Assembly: GCA_035650735.1 (NCBI GenBank)
Contig: DASRGZ010000094.1
Coordinates: forward strand, 1-58,466
Direction: 5' to 3'
Origin: Chthonomonadaceae bacterium
GTDB lineage: Bacteria; Armatimonadota; Chthonomonadetes; Chthonomonadales; Chthonomonadaceae
Length of the DNA stretch: 58,466 bases
Shown here: one piece after another, positions 1 to 10,033 of the stretch
Numbering within the stretch: the stretch's first letter is position 1
Layout: each line of letters begins with the position of its first letter
Translations under genes and position numbers: made by a program
The notes under the pieces: generated by a model
What the model was told of the DNA's origin: nothing
Seen by the model: the letters and a program-made list of their open reading frames with translations, nothing else
Databases searched by the model: none

Positions 1-316
1 GAGCCTGGAAGGGAAGGAACGGCGCTATCTGGCCGGCAATCTGAGTGGCAGTCCCAGCGACCCGAGCCGCTGTGTTGACTGCATTGCTCAGGTCATCCCA
101 GAAGCTCTGCGGTCGGAACTGCGGCTGCGCCTGCATCGGCAGTTGCGGCTGGGCCTGGAAGGGGAGAAATGGCCCCAACTGGTTAGCGATCTGGCCGGCG
201 GTCCCAGCGACCTGGGCTACCGTGTTGACCGCGCTGCTGAGGTCATCCCAGAAGCTTTGCGGTCGGAACTGTGGTTGGATCGGGATCTGCGGCACATACG
301 TTGGTACTGCTGGCAT
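1..316 (-). CDS. Tandem-repeat Gln/Pro-rich protein with 50-aa amphipathic repeats; 3' end truncated by the window edge
   Basis: Hand translation from ATG 316 (RBS GAAAGGAG at 331-324): MPAVPTYVPQIPIQPQFRPQSFWDDLSSAVNTVAQVAGTAGQIANQLGPFLPFQAQPQLPMQAQPQFRPQSFWDDLSNAVNTAARVAGTATQIAGQIAPFLPFQA, open to the edge; 150-nt DNA period (91 vs 241). Absent from the ORF track. Confidence 0.85.
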   Translation of the reverse strand, partial: MPAVPTYVPQIPIQPQFRPQSFWDDLSSAVNTVAQVAGTAGQIANQLGPFLPFQAQPQLPMQAQPQFRPQSFWDDLSNAVNTAARVAGTATQIAGQIAPFLPFQA

Positions 317-480
317 GGTTCATCTCCTTTCGAGACTTTTGCACACGAGCGCATAGAAGCGCAAGGCAGAGGACGCATACCCATCTCAGGAACCCGTGGC
401 CATCCACCATCGGATGGCCCTGTCGACGACCATATCTGGGAACCTAGCTATAGTACTTTCGTTTTACTCCTTTAGTTCCA

Positions 481-510
481 ATTGTAGGTGATGGTTTTTT
501 TCAGAGTCAA
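481..510 (-). promoter_or_regulatory. Sigma70-type promoter of the repeat-protein gene
   Basis: TTGACT(510-505)-N18-TACAAT(486-481) on the minus strand. Confidence 0.55.
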
Positions 511-592
511 CAGGCGAATTTAGTCTGCGGAATCGGCCTATGAGGCCTGCTCATGAGCGGAGAGGGCTGTAGATCGTCATTCTTATATGCAG

Positions 593-741
593 GCTCAGGC
601 GGAGAGTTTCATAAAGATTCTTAAAAAAGATTCTTACAATTAAAGTAATATGAGGAGGTTTGCCTCAATGACTGCGCTAGCCTGACTGAGGCCCACCGCA
701 GTAATGGGCACTTTCCAGAGGTGATAGACACGCAGAAGCGA
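593..741 (+). pseudogene. IS3-family transposase C-terminal remnant
   Basis: Reads AQAESFIKILK, then a 23-nt insertion (626-648), then YEEVCLNDCASLTEAHRSNGHFPEVIDTQKR; resembles the IS3 integrase end motif NAxAESFxKTLKxEEVY... Confidence 0.65.
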
Positions 742-782
742 CCGCCGGGGAACACAGAGACTTCTATGTTCCCCGGCGGTCG
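739..782 (-). terminator. Strong hairpin downstream of glnA, probable terminator
   Basis: 16-bp perfect inverted repeat CGACCGCCGGGGAACA/TGTTCCCCGGCGGTCG; weak U tract. Confidence 0.6.
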
Positions 783-862
783 TAGGAGAAGCCTTCCGGC
801 TTAGAGTCTCTCCCGAGAGGCAGGCTTGCGAGAAGGCAACATGGCCCTGCCGGGAAAGGTTC

Positions 863-2278
<1,416 letters not shown>

Positions 2279-2325
2279 ATAGGTTCGTCTCCTTTGATGG
2301 AATGGATGGTGGAATGGTCAGCAAT

Positions 2326-2500
2326 AAAAAAACGCTCTTGCCAGCAGGGCAGGCCAATCCTGCCCGGGCAAAGAACGTTCGTTGTTGACAGACGACTTCC
2401 TCGTGTCTGTTCGGGTTATAGGGGGGTTAGTTTGTTTCCATCCGCGCCCGGCCCGAAGGCCCGGCGCGATAGGGCGTCAAGGGCAACACTGCTCTTTACT
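2326..2500 (-). promoter_or_regulatory. Structured glnA 5' leader with internal intrinsic terminator (attenuator, ANTAR-like architecture)
   Basis: Terminator stem 2379-2331 plus U7 (2332-2326) upstream of the RBS; small hairpins at 2410-2388 and 2386-2374, the second overlapping the terminator 5' arm; UUCG-capped hairpin near 2468-2443. Confidence 0.65.
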
Positions 2501-2506
2501 ACTTAA

Positions 2507-2536
2507 AGTATAGCAGGAGACGCTTGCACTTGTCAA
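2507..2536 (-). promoter_or_regulatory. glnA promoter
   Basis: TTGACA(2536-2531)-N18-TATACT(2512-2507) with extended -10 TG. Confidence 0.75.
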
Positions 2537-2624
2537 CGCCCTCTCCCGAAATTCCCAGCTCCATCGCTACAAGAACAAGATGCTTTTCACCCGCCCCGGA
2601 AAGTTGACCGCTGTGGTCCCTTAA

Positions 2625-3022
2625 GCCGGGCACTGAAAGTACCCGGCTCTAGGGCCTAACGGCCAAGCGTCCTGGCGGACGCACAGTAAAGCCAGGTTTT
2701 CCGTCCGAAGGACGGTTGGCGGCGCAGCCGCCCTCTAGACGGGTATTTTCCATGCCCGGCACGGATCAGAGGTTTTCAACCCCCGGCTCCAGGGCCTAAC
2801 GGCCAAGCGACTGCAAGGGACGCCGCTCAACGGTTCGCGGCTCGGCCTTGCGACTAGCGGACGCCCCCGTTGCGGCAGGTTCTTCCCGCTCTACGAAGGC
2901 AGCCACCTGCCGATAGGCCCGTTTTCCCGTCCGAAGGACGGTTGGCGGCGCAGCCGCCCTCTAGACGGGTATTTTCCATGCCCGGCTGGGATGCCGATCA
3001 GACGGGTCATTCATGGCCCGGC
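2625..3022. repeat. Cluster of MITE/REP-like family A elements (2625-2760, ~2770-2986, solo end 3000-3022)
   Basis: Imperfect ~23-bp terminal inverted repeats GCCGGGCA.TGAA..TACCCG.CT...AGACGGGTATTTTCCATGCCCGGC; homologous to 8149-8410 and 24733-24994. Confidence 0.8.
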
Positions 3023-3165
3023 ACGCGAGGGCTTGGGCCTGCGGATGCCAACAACGCAAAAGCGCCGAGAACGGAAGGACCCTGCGTAGCGGGTGGTTTA
3101 AAAAAGGATTTTGCTTGCTGCGGCGCGTAACTTGATCGGATAACACGAGGAGAGGAGAGACAGCG

Positions 3166-3699
3166 ATGGAACCGCAAAATGAGAACGAAGCCTACGAGAT
3201 CTTGCTGTGCTGGCACCTGGAGGTCTTTACCCAGCGCCTGCGGGAGATACCGCCCGAGAAGTGGAACTGGCAGCCGGAACTCCCGGCGCCCTCGCCGCGA
3301 ATCCTCGCCGAGCACGCCTGGCAGTGGCTCCGCTGCGACCGCCAGCATATCTTCGAGCCGGACGTCTCCAAGCACGACCGCATTCCCGACCCGCCTGCCG
3401 ATCAGCAGGCCATGTGCGATGTGCTGGCCGAGGAGACGGAAACTTGGCGTCAACTCATTCGCGGCCTGACCCCGGAACCACTGCTGGAAACACGTAAGCA
3501 GTTCGGCGAGAATCCGATAAATGTGCGCGGCTTCGTCTGCCACATGATTCAGAACTGCATCTACAAGCACGGGCAGCTTTCCACTATCTACTTCGCCCTT
3601 GGGCTGGATGGGACCGGTCCCTACACGGCCCCCTTCCCCAATCGCATCTACGAGAATATGCAGAAGTTACAGGCTGCCAGGCAAGCGCAAGGGGGATAA
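3166..3699 (+). CDS. DinB-family protein
   Basis: W.W.P..PSPR.LAEH...HMIQNCIYKHGQL pattern; RBS GGAGAGGAG. Confidence 0.85.
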   Translation: MEPQNENEAYEILLCWHLEVFTQRLREIPPEKWNWQPELPAPSPRILAEHAWQWLRCDRQHIFEPDVSKHDRIPDPPADQQAMCDVLAEETETWRQLIRGLTPEPLLETRKQFGENPINVRGFVCHMIQNCIYKHGQLSTIYFALGLDGTGPYTAPFPNRIYENMQKLQAARQAQGG

Positions 3700-3722
3700 G
3701 CGCCCGGCGATTTCCCTGGGGT

Positions 3723-5630
3723 TTACGCCCGTTTGAACAGCTTGTCCAGGTCCTTGAAGGCAATGGTGACGACAATGGGGCGACCGTGGGGGCAAAGATA
3801 GGGGTTTTCCGTCTCGGCCAACTGCTGTAAGAGGCTTTGCATCTCCTCGTGCGTCAGCGGGTCGCCGGCCTTGACCGCCATCTTGCAGGCGTTGGTGATG
3901 GTGACGTGATCCTGCTGCACCAGCAGGCGGCGAGAGATGGTCTGATTTACCAGCTCGTCTATCATATCCCGCAGCACCTGCTCATAAGGCTTGTTGGCCA
4001 GCACGGCAGGCACCGAGCGCACGACGAAACTCTCTCCGCCAAACGGCGCGATCTCCCAGCCGGCGGCGGCAAAGCTGTCGCAGTGTTCCGCCAGCAGCAG
4101 CGCCTCCCGGCGGCTCAGGTGCAGTGTCAACGGCACGGCCAGCCGCTGCACCGGAATGCCGTCCGAGAATCGCTTGACGGTCAGCCGCTCGTAGAGCACG
4201 CGCTCGTGGGCCACGTGCTGATCGATGACGGCCAGCCCCTCCGGCGTCAGCGCGATAATATAGGTGTTGCGCGCCTGTCCCAGCACCCGGAAATCGCGCA
4301 GCTGCTCGGCAAACGGGCGGGGCCGGGGCCGCTCTTCCAGCGGCTCGGCCGTCGGCAGCGGGCCGCCGTGGGGCGCGGGCGGACTATCGGCGGAGGGAAG
4401 CGCCGTCTCCTCCTCCGGCGGCGCGTTCATCGGTAGGGGAACGGCGAACGGCTCAAACGCGGCAGCCGCCTCCAGGCCGGCTTGTTGTGGGGCAAACGAC
4501 GTTATCCCGGCGGCAGCCTCCTCGCTCCCGACTTCCAAGGGCCGGCTGCCCCTTGTCGGCATTTCCATTTGGGTTTGCAGTGGTGCGGCGGAGTCAGGGG
4601 CGATGGGAACGCCTGGCCGGGCCGTCGGCACGATGCCATAGGCCAGCAGCGCTCCCTTGATGGCCTGGCTGGCCGCGTGATGGACCTCCCCGTCCCGCGT
4701 GAACTTCACCTCCGTTTTGGTCGGATGGACGTTGACATCCACCAACTCGGGGCTTATTTCGACAAAGAGGGCGGCAATCGGATAACGGCTCTCGGGCGTC
4801 AGGGCGCGGAACGCCTCCTCCAGCGCGTGGCCCAGCAGCCGGCTCTTGATGGGACGGCGATTGACAAAGAAGAGCTCGTGGGAGCGCCCGGGCCGGGAGA
4901 CGTCGGGCGTGGCGATGTAGCCGAAAACGCACAGCCCCGGCGACTCGTGGCGCACCGGAATGAGCTTGCGGGCGATGTCGCGGCCCCAGACCGCCGCCAG
5001 CGCCGCCAGCGGCTCGCCCGTCCCCGGCGTGGCAAAGACCTCCTGGCTGCCGTGCCGCAGCCGGAACGCGACGCCCGGATACGCCACCGCCAATTGCCCG
5101 ACCACCTCCACCGCGCGGGCCAGCTCTGTGGGCGTGCTTTTGAGGAACTTCAGGCGGGCCGGCGTGTTGAAAAACAGGTCGGCGACCTCAATCGTCGTCC
5201 CGTCCCGCCCCGCCACCTCCTCCACCGCCGTGATGTCGCCTCCAAGCACGGAGAGCCGCGCGCCGCTCTCCTCATCGGCGGGCTTAGTCGTCAGGGTCAT
5301 GCGGGACACGGAAGCGATGGAGGGCAGTGCCTCGCCGCGAAAGCCCAGCGTGCGGATGGCGAACAGATCGTCGGCAGAGCGGATCTTGCTGGTGGCGTGG
5401 CGCTGTAGGGCCAGAACGGCGTCGTTGCAGGTCATGCCGCAGCCGTTATCGGCCACGAGGATTCGCTGCTTGCCCCCCTCCTCCAGCCCGATGACGATGT
5501 GCGTGGCGCCCGCGTCTATCGCGTTTTCCACCAATTCCTTGACGGCGGAGGCGGGCCGTTCCACTACCTCGCCCGCCGCGATCCGGTTGGCCGTGTTCTC
5601 GTCCAGTAACACGATGCGATCCGCTGCCAT
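3723..5630 (-). CDS. mutL: DNA mismatch repair endonuclease MutL
   Basis: IAAGEVVERP, GFRGEAL, DQHVAHER, ACK, CPHGRP motifs. Confidence 0.99.
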   Translation of the reverse strand: MAADRIVLLDENTANRIAAGEVVERPASAVKELVENAIDAGATHIVIGLEEGGKQRILVADNGCGMTCNDAVLALQRHATSKIRSADDLFAIRTLGFRGEALPSIASVSRMTLTTKPADEESGARLSVLGGDITAVEEVAGRDGTTIEVADLFFNTPARLKFLKSTPTELARAVEVVGQLAVAYPGVAFRLRHGSQEVFATPGTGEPLAALAAVWGRDIARKLIPVRHESPGLCVFGYIATPDVSRPGRSHELFFVNRRPIKSRLLGHALEEAFRALTPESRYPIAALFVEISPELVDVNVHPTKTEVKFTRDGEVHHAASQAIKGALLAYGIVPTARPGVPIAPDSAAPLQTQMEMPTRGSRPLEVGSEEAAAGITSFAPQQAGLEAAAAFEPFAVPLPMNAPPEEETALPSADSPPAPHGGPLPTAEPLEERPRPRPFAEQLRDFRVLGQARNTYIIALTPEGLAVIDQHVAHERVLYERLTVKRFSDGIPVQRLAVPLTLHLSRREALLLAEHCDSFAAAGWEIAPFGGESFVVRSVPAVLANKPYEQVLRDMIDELVNQTISRRLLVQQDHVTITNACKMAVKAGDPLTHEEMQSLLQQLAETENPYLCPHGRPIVVTIAFKDLDKLFKRA

Positions 5631-5634
5631 GCCC

Positions 5635-6348
5635 TCACTCCAGTTGAAACGCCACCACGCCCGGCTCCTCGGCCAGCACGGCGTTCAAGCGATTGCGGTC
5701 GAAATTGCCGGGCAGCCGCACTTGCAGACGCATACGCCGCACCGACTCGGCCCCGCCCTCTCCAGCCTGACGCCGCGCCTCCACGCGATAGACCACCAGG
5801 CCCATCTCCGCCAGTTGCGCCAGCACGCGCGCCGGACCGTGCTCGGCCTCCTGCACGTCCACTTCCAGCAGGCGCATCGGCTGCTTGAGATGGAACAGAT
5901 CCTCCAGGCGATTCAGGACGATCAGCGCCGCCAGCACAATGGCGGTGGCGATGACGGCCAGCCCGCCCAGGCGCGGGCTGGTCCCGATGGACAGGCCGAT
6001 GGCCGCCGTCGTCCAGATGCTGGCCGCCGTCGTCAGTCCGCGTATGGTCATTCCTTCTCGGACAATCGCGCCGGCCCCCAGGAATCCGATGCCGACGACG
6101 ATATTGGCCGCCACGCGCGAAGGGTCCGCCGGGCGCGGCATGCTTCCATTGCGCCCGAACTCCCAGGAGGCCAGCGCGATCAGCGTCGAGCCCACGCAGA
6201 CCAGCACGTGCGTGCGCAGCCCCGCCGCCCGACCGCGCCACTCCCGGTTGAGCCCGATCAAGCCGCCCAGCACCACCGCCAGCAGCAGCGCCAGCGTCTG
6301 CCCCAAAAGCGACGCCGGATCAATCGGTATGCCGAAGAACCGCTCCAT
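5635..6348 (-). CDS. MgtC/SapB-family membrane protein with C-terminal ACT-like domain
   Basis: IGLNRE..AGLRTH, DPSRVAANIVVGIGFLGAG, GLTTAASIW motifs; start moved to ATG 6348. Confidence 0.93.
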   Translation of the reverse strand: MERFFGIPIDPASLLGQTLALLLAVVLGGLIGLNREWRGRAAGLRTHVLVCVGSTLIALASWEFGRNGSMPRPADPSRVAANIVVGIGFLGAGAIVREGMTIRGLTTAASIWTTAAIGLSIGTSPRLGGLAVIATAIVLAALIVLNRLEDLFHLKQPMRLLEVDVQEAEHGPARVLAQLAEMGLVVYRVEARRQAGEGGAESVRRMRLQVRLPGNFDRNRLNAVLAEEPGVVAFQLE

Positions 6349-6358
6349 CGCCAGGCCC

Positions 6359-8089
6359 TCAGCCCGCCAGCTGCAGTCGCGCCTTCTCCTCGGCAACGAG
6401 GTTGGCGATGTACTGTGCTGCCTCCTGGACCGGCACCGTTTGCCTCCCCGTCTTCTCGCGCCGCAGGCCGACCTCCACCTTGCCTTCGGCCAGCCCTTTG
6501 CCTACGATCACCTGCACCGGCACGCCGATCAGGTCCATGTCCTTGAACTTGACGCCGATGCGCTCCTCGCGGTCGTCCAGCAGCGTCTCGACATGCCGCA
6601 TCTGGAGCGCGCTATAGAGCTCGTGCGCGGCGCGGCTCTGCTGCGCATCGCCGGAATTGGCGATCAGAATGGCGACCTCAAACGGCGCGATGCTGATGGG
6701 CCAGAGGATGCCGTTCTCATCGTGGTGGACCTCGACGGCGGCGGCCATCGTGCGGCTGACGCCCAGCCCGTAGCAGCCCATGAGGATGGGCTTTTTCTCG
6801 CCGGTCTCGTTCTGGTAGAGCGCGCCCATATCCTTGCTGTACTTGGTGCCCAGCTGGAAGATGTGCCCGACCTCGATGCCGCGCGCCTCCCGCAGATGGC
6901 CGTTGCAGCGCGGGCACCGATCCCCGGCTATGGCCGTGCGGATGTCGCCCCACTGCGTCACCGCAAAATCGTGGCCGGGCGTGACGTTGATGCGATGCGC
7001 GTCGGCCTGGTTGGCCCCGACGACGTAGTTGGCGCCGTGCTTAAGCTCGTTGTCGGCATAGATGGGAACGTCCTTCGACAGCCCGACCGGTCCGGCAAAG
7101 CCCACGGGCGCGCCTGTCACGCGCTCCACCGTCGCCGCGTCCGCCAGATCGACGAAGGCTGCGCCCAGAAAGCGCGCGAACTTGGTCAGGTTCAACTCCC
7201 GGTCGCCGCGAACCAGCCCCGCCACCGGTCGGTCGTCAGCAACGCAGAGGATGGTCTTGATCAGCTGCTCCGGCCCGATGTTCAAGAACGCGCAGACCTG
7301 TTCGACCGTGCGCGCTCCCGGCGTCGGCACGACCTCCGACGGCCTGGACTCCGGCCTGCTCTCCGCCACCGGCTCCTCCGGCACTTCGGCGCGCTCGGCG
7401 TTGGCGGCGTAATCGCAGCTGTCGCAGCGCAGCACGGTATCCTCGCCGCTCTCGGCCAGCACCATGAATTCCAGGTTATCTGTGCCGCCGATGGCGCCGG
7501 GATCGGCCTCCACGGACAGGAACTCCAGCCCGCAGCGGGTAAAGATGTTGGCGTAGGCGCGATAGTTGGCGTCATAGATCGTATCTAACTGCTTTTCGCC
7601 GATGTCGAAGGAGTAGCCGTCGAACATCGTAAACTCACGCGCCCGAATCAGCCCACCGCGCGGGCGCGGCTCGTCCCGCTCCTTGGTCTGGATCTGGTAG
7701 AGGTAGAGCGGCATCTGCTTCCACGAGCTGATCGCGCCCCGAACGATATCGGTGACGACCTCCTCATGCGTGAAGCCCAGGAAGAACTCGCGCTCGTTCT
7801 TATCCTTTAAGGCAAACAGCACCGGCACCGCCGAGCGGCCCGTCTCATCCAGCAGTTCGCGGGGCACGAGCACCGGCATATGGATCTCCTGCCCGCCGAT
7901 AGCGTTGATCTCCTCGCGCACGATCCGGGAGATCTTCTCATGGACGCGCCAGCCCAGCGGCAGGTACGAATAGACGCCCGACGCCAGGTTGCGAATGAAC
8001 CCGCCGCGCAGCAATAGCTGGTGACTGGTCAGCTCCGCCTCTTTGGGCGCCTCCCGCAGCGTCGGAAAAAAGAGATGGGACGCTTTCAT
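6359..8089 (-). CDS. proS: Proline--tRNA ligase (bacterial type with editing insertion)
   Basis: PTLRE.P, RDEPRPRGGLIRAREF, GIEVGHIFQLGTKYS, MGCYGLGVSR motifs; start ATG 8089 (the ORF-track extension runs into repeat DNA). Confidence 0.99.
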   Translation of the reverse strand: MKASHLFFPTLREAPKEAELTSHQLLLRGGFIRNLASGVYSYLPLGWRVHEKISRIVREEINAIGGQEIHMPVLVPRELLDETGRSAVPVLFALKDKNEREFFLGFTHEEVVTDIVRGAISSWKQMPLYLYQIQTKERDEPRPRGGLIRAREFTMFDGYSFDIGEKQLDTIYDANYRAYANIFTRCGLEFLSVEADPGAIGGTDNLEFMVLAESGEDTVLRCDSCDYAANAERAEVPEEPVAESRPESRPSEVVPTPGARTVEQVCAFLNIGPEQLIKTILCVADDRPVAGLVRGDRELNLTKFARFLGAAFVDLADAATVERVTGAPVGFAGPVGLSKDVPIYADNELKHGANYVVGANQADAHRINVTPGHDFAVTQWGDIRTAIAGDRCPRCNGHLREARGIEVGHIFQLGTKYSKDMGALYQNETGEKKPILMGCYGLGVSRTMAAAVEVHHDENGILWPISIAPFEVAILIANSGDAQQSRAAHELYSALQMRHVETLLDDREERIGVKFKDMDLIGVPVQVIVGKGLAEGKVEVGLRREKTGRQTVPVQEAAQYIANLVAEEKARLQLAG

Positions 8090-8148
8090 AATAGAGTAAC
8101 TTTTCTCCTCACAGAAACTTCTACCGCTCTCCCCACGCAATCGGCATT

Positions 8149-8410
8149 CCGGGCCATGAATGACCCGTCTTATGGGCCTGCGGCCAAGCGACTGCAAGGG
8201 ACGGCGCTGCCACTGCTAGGGTCGGAACTACGCACGCTCGACTGCCAGGGACGCCGCTCAACGGTTCGCGGCTCTGCCTGGCGATCTCCGCCTGGCGATA
8301 CTCGCGCCTCTGCCTTGCGACTGGCGGACGGAACCTCTGGTTAGAGGCAGCGTCCGCCAGGACGCCTGGCGGCAAAGCCGCCCTACAGCCGGGTACTTTC
8401 AGTGCCCGGC
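8149..8410. repeat. Family A MITE-like element carrying three nested ~45-nt micro-elements
   Basis: Near-identical to 24733-24994; terminal inverted repeats; nested modules start at 8191, 8212 and 8241. Confidence 0.85.
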
Positions 8411-8425
8411 TGCGTAACGGGAGGG

Positions 8426-9517
8426 CTACCGTATTTTACCACGCCCCGCAATGGGCCAGGTTGCCTCCACCTGCTCGCCGCGATAGGCCGTGATGGTGTC
8501 ATGCATATTGACGCAGGTGCAGGCGTGGTTGGGAATGATCTGGACCTTGTCGCCCACCCGTAGGTTCGTCGGGCCGTTGGCTTGCAGGTGCCCGTGCTCT
8601 TCACTGGCGCCCACAAAGGTAAGCTCAGGATGCCCTACGATCTCGCCGTAGGTGCGGTCGGGAAACGGGCAATCGCTGGCCAGCGACTTGTTGCCCGCGT
8701 CCACGACGATCCGGCCGTCGGGGCGCACGCTGGTCACCGTCGCCAGCACCGTCAGCGCGCAGCGCTCCGCCGGGACGCCGAGCTTTATCTGCATACGGTC
8801 GTTGAAGACGTAGACGCCGGAACGGATCTCGGTGATGCCCTCCTCCTTTGCCATCATCGCTGCGCCCGGCGTCGAACCGACGCTGATCTCGGGCACGGGC
8901 GTTCCCTGCGCGGCCAGCGCCGCCGCCAGCTCGCGCAGCGTAGCCGCCGTCTGCGCGGCCGCTTTCCGCCGTCCGGCCTCGTCCTCGGCGCGGTAGATAT
9001 GCCCCTCATAGGTAAACAGGCCAGCTAATTCCAGGCCCGGATGGTCGCTCACCCAGCGCGCCAGCAGCAGCAATTCCTCCGGGGAGCGCGCTCCGGCCCG
9101 TCCCAGGCCCGTATCCGCCTCGATGTAGACCGGCGCGCGCAAGCCCTGCGCCCGCGCCGCCTCGCCAATCGGCCCGGCAACCTCCACGCTGTCTACCCCG
9201 ACGGTGATCCGCACGCGCCGCAGCAGGTCCATCAGGCGCGCCACCTTCTGCGGCCCCACGATCTGGTTGGCGAGCAGCAGGTTATCAAAGCCCGCGTCGG
9301 CCAGCACCTCGGCCTCGCCCAGCTTGGCGACCGTCAGCCCGCTCGCCCCCGCTTCCATCTGCATCCGCGCGATCTGAGGGGTCTTGTGGGTCTTGGTGTG
9401 GGGGCGCAGGCGCTTGCCTCCCGCCGCGACGATCTGAGCCATGGCGCTAATGTTGCGCTCCAGCGTATCCAGGTCCACCAACAGGGTGGGCGTGTCCAGG
9501 TCATAGACGGTCTGCAT
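8426..9517 (-). CDS. DSD1/D-threonine aldolase-family PLP-dependent enzyme (fold type III)
   Basis: LDTP.LLVD, RPHTKTHK, YEGH, GSTP, SEEHG, PNHAC motifs. Confidence 0.93.
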   Translation of the reverse strand: MQTVYDLDTPTLLVDLDTLERNISAMAQIVAAGGKRLRPHTKTHKTPQIARMQMEAGASGLTVAKLGEAEVLADAGFDNLLLANQIVGPQKVARLMDLLRRVRITVGVDSVEVAGPIGEAARAQGLRAPVYIEADTGLGRAGARSPEELLLLARWVSDHPGLELAGLFTYEGHIYRAEDEAGRRKAAAQTAATLRELAAALAAQGTPVPEISVGSTPGAAMMAKEEGITEIRSGVYVFNDRMQIKLGVPAERCALTVLATVTSVRPDGRIVVDAGNKSLASDCPFPDRTYGEIVGHPELTFVGASEEHGHLQANGPTNLRVGDKVQIIPNHACTCVNMHDTITAYRGEQVEATWPIAGRGKIR

Positions 9518-9751
9518 CGTGGGTTTCCCTCCGCAAAAGAGACAGCTTCGACTTGTGCAAGGAGGTTCGCGCCGCCGCCCTCCGATTCCTGCGCTCTATC
9601 AGATCGTTCCGCGCGCAGGAAAGTTGCGCCTTCCCGCCTGCGGCGAGGGCGATAACAACCTGTCCGTCTGCAACGTAGTAAAGAGTAGAAGAAAAATAGT
9701 GGAACTCTTGGGGTGCGAAACCGACGATTAGATAGAGACTTCACCCTTGAT

Positions 9752-9951
9752 GGCCCCCACCCCTTTATCCCCTCCCCCAATTCTAGGGGAGGGGAGAGGA
9801 GAAGCCAGGGTTTGGTTCTGCCTGCGCAGGCAGAGAGTCTCGCCCACAAGGGTGTCGCCAGGTGTCGCCAGGCGGAGGGCTGTGGCAAGGCGGAGGCAGG
9901 GGCCGTAACCCTGCCGACCCTGGCAGTCCATTGTAGGGCCGACCCTAGCAG
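9752..9951. repeat. Family B REP-like palindrome plus nested micro-elements (9855-9951)
   Basis: CCCCCACCCC..CCTCCCC..GGGGAGG palindrome; minus-strand CTGCNAGGGTCGG...CCTNGC(G/C)A modules. Confidence 0.75.
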
Positions 9952-10033
9952 AGCCCCACAACGGCAGGGTTTAGCCTGCCGGGCCGGGGTGAAACGCTGT
10001 AGACGCGGAATCGCAAGAGCAGGAGGCACAGAC

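Noticed and set aside
45..475. Plus-strand ORFs 45-356 and 143-475
   Set aside because: Antisense shadows of the minus-strand repeat gene, which has the RBS and promoter
2430..2500. Cyanobacterial-type glutamine (glnA) riboswitch
   Set aside because: I could not match the conserved three-way junction and E-loop by eye; left as an unassigned structure
4560..4580. TQM motif in the MutL linker as part of the FHA docking code
   Set aside because: A single occurrence in a variable linker; likely chance
4960..7588. Long plus-strand ORFs (528 and 567 aa) and many similar overlapping ORFs elsewhere
   Set aside because: Antisense or alternate-frame artefacts of high-GC coding sequence opposite clear housekeeping genes
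9043..9051. 9-nt match to the end of the mini-array spacer
   Set aside because: Expected by chance in 58 kb of GC-rich DNA
9713..10033. N-terminal extensions in the ORF track for putB (also proS, hisC, prfA, DUF4097, yihY)
   Set aside because: They run through repeats or intergenic DNA; better starts lie downstream, most with a clear RBS
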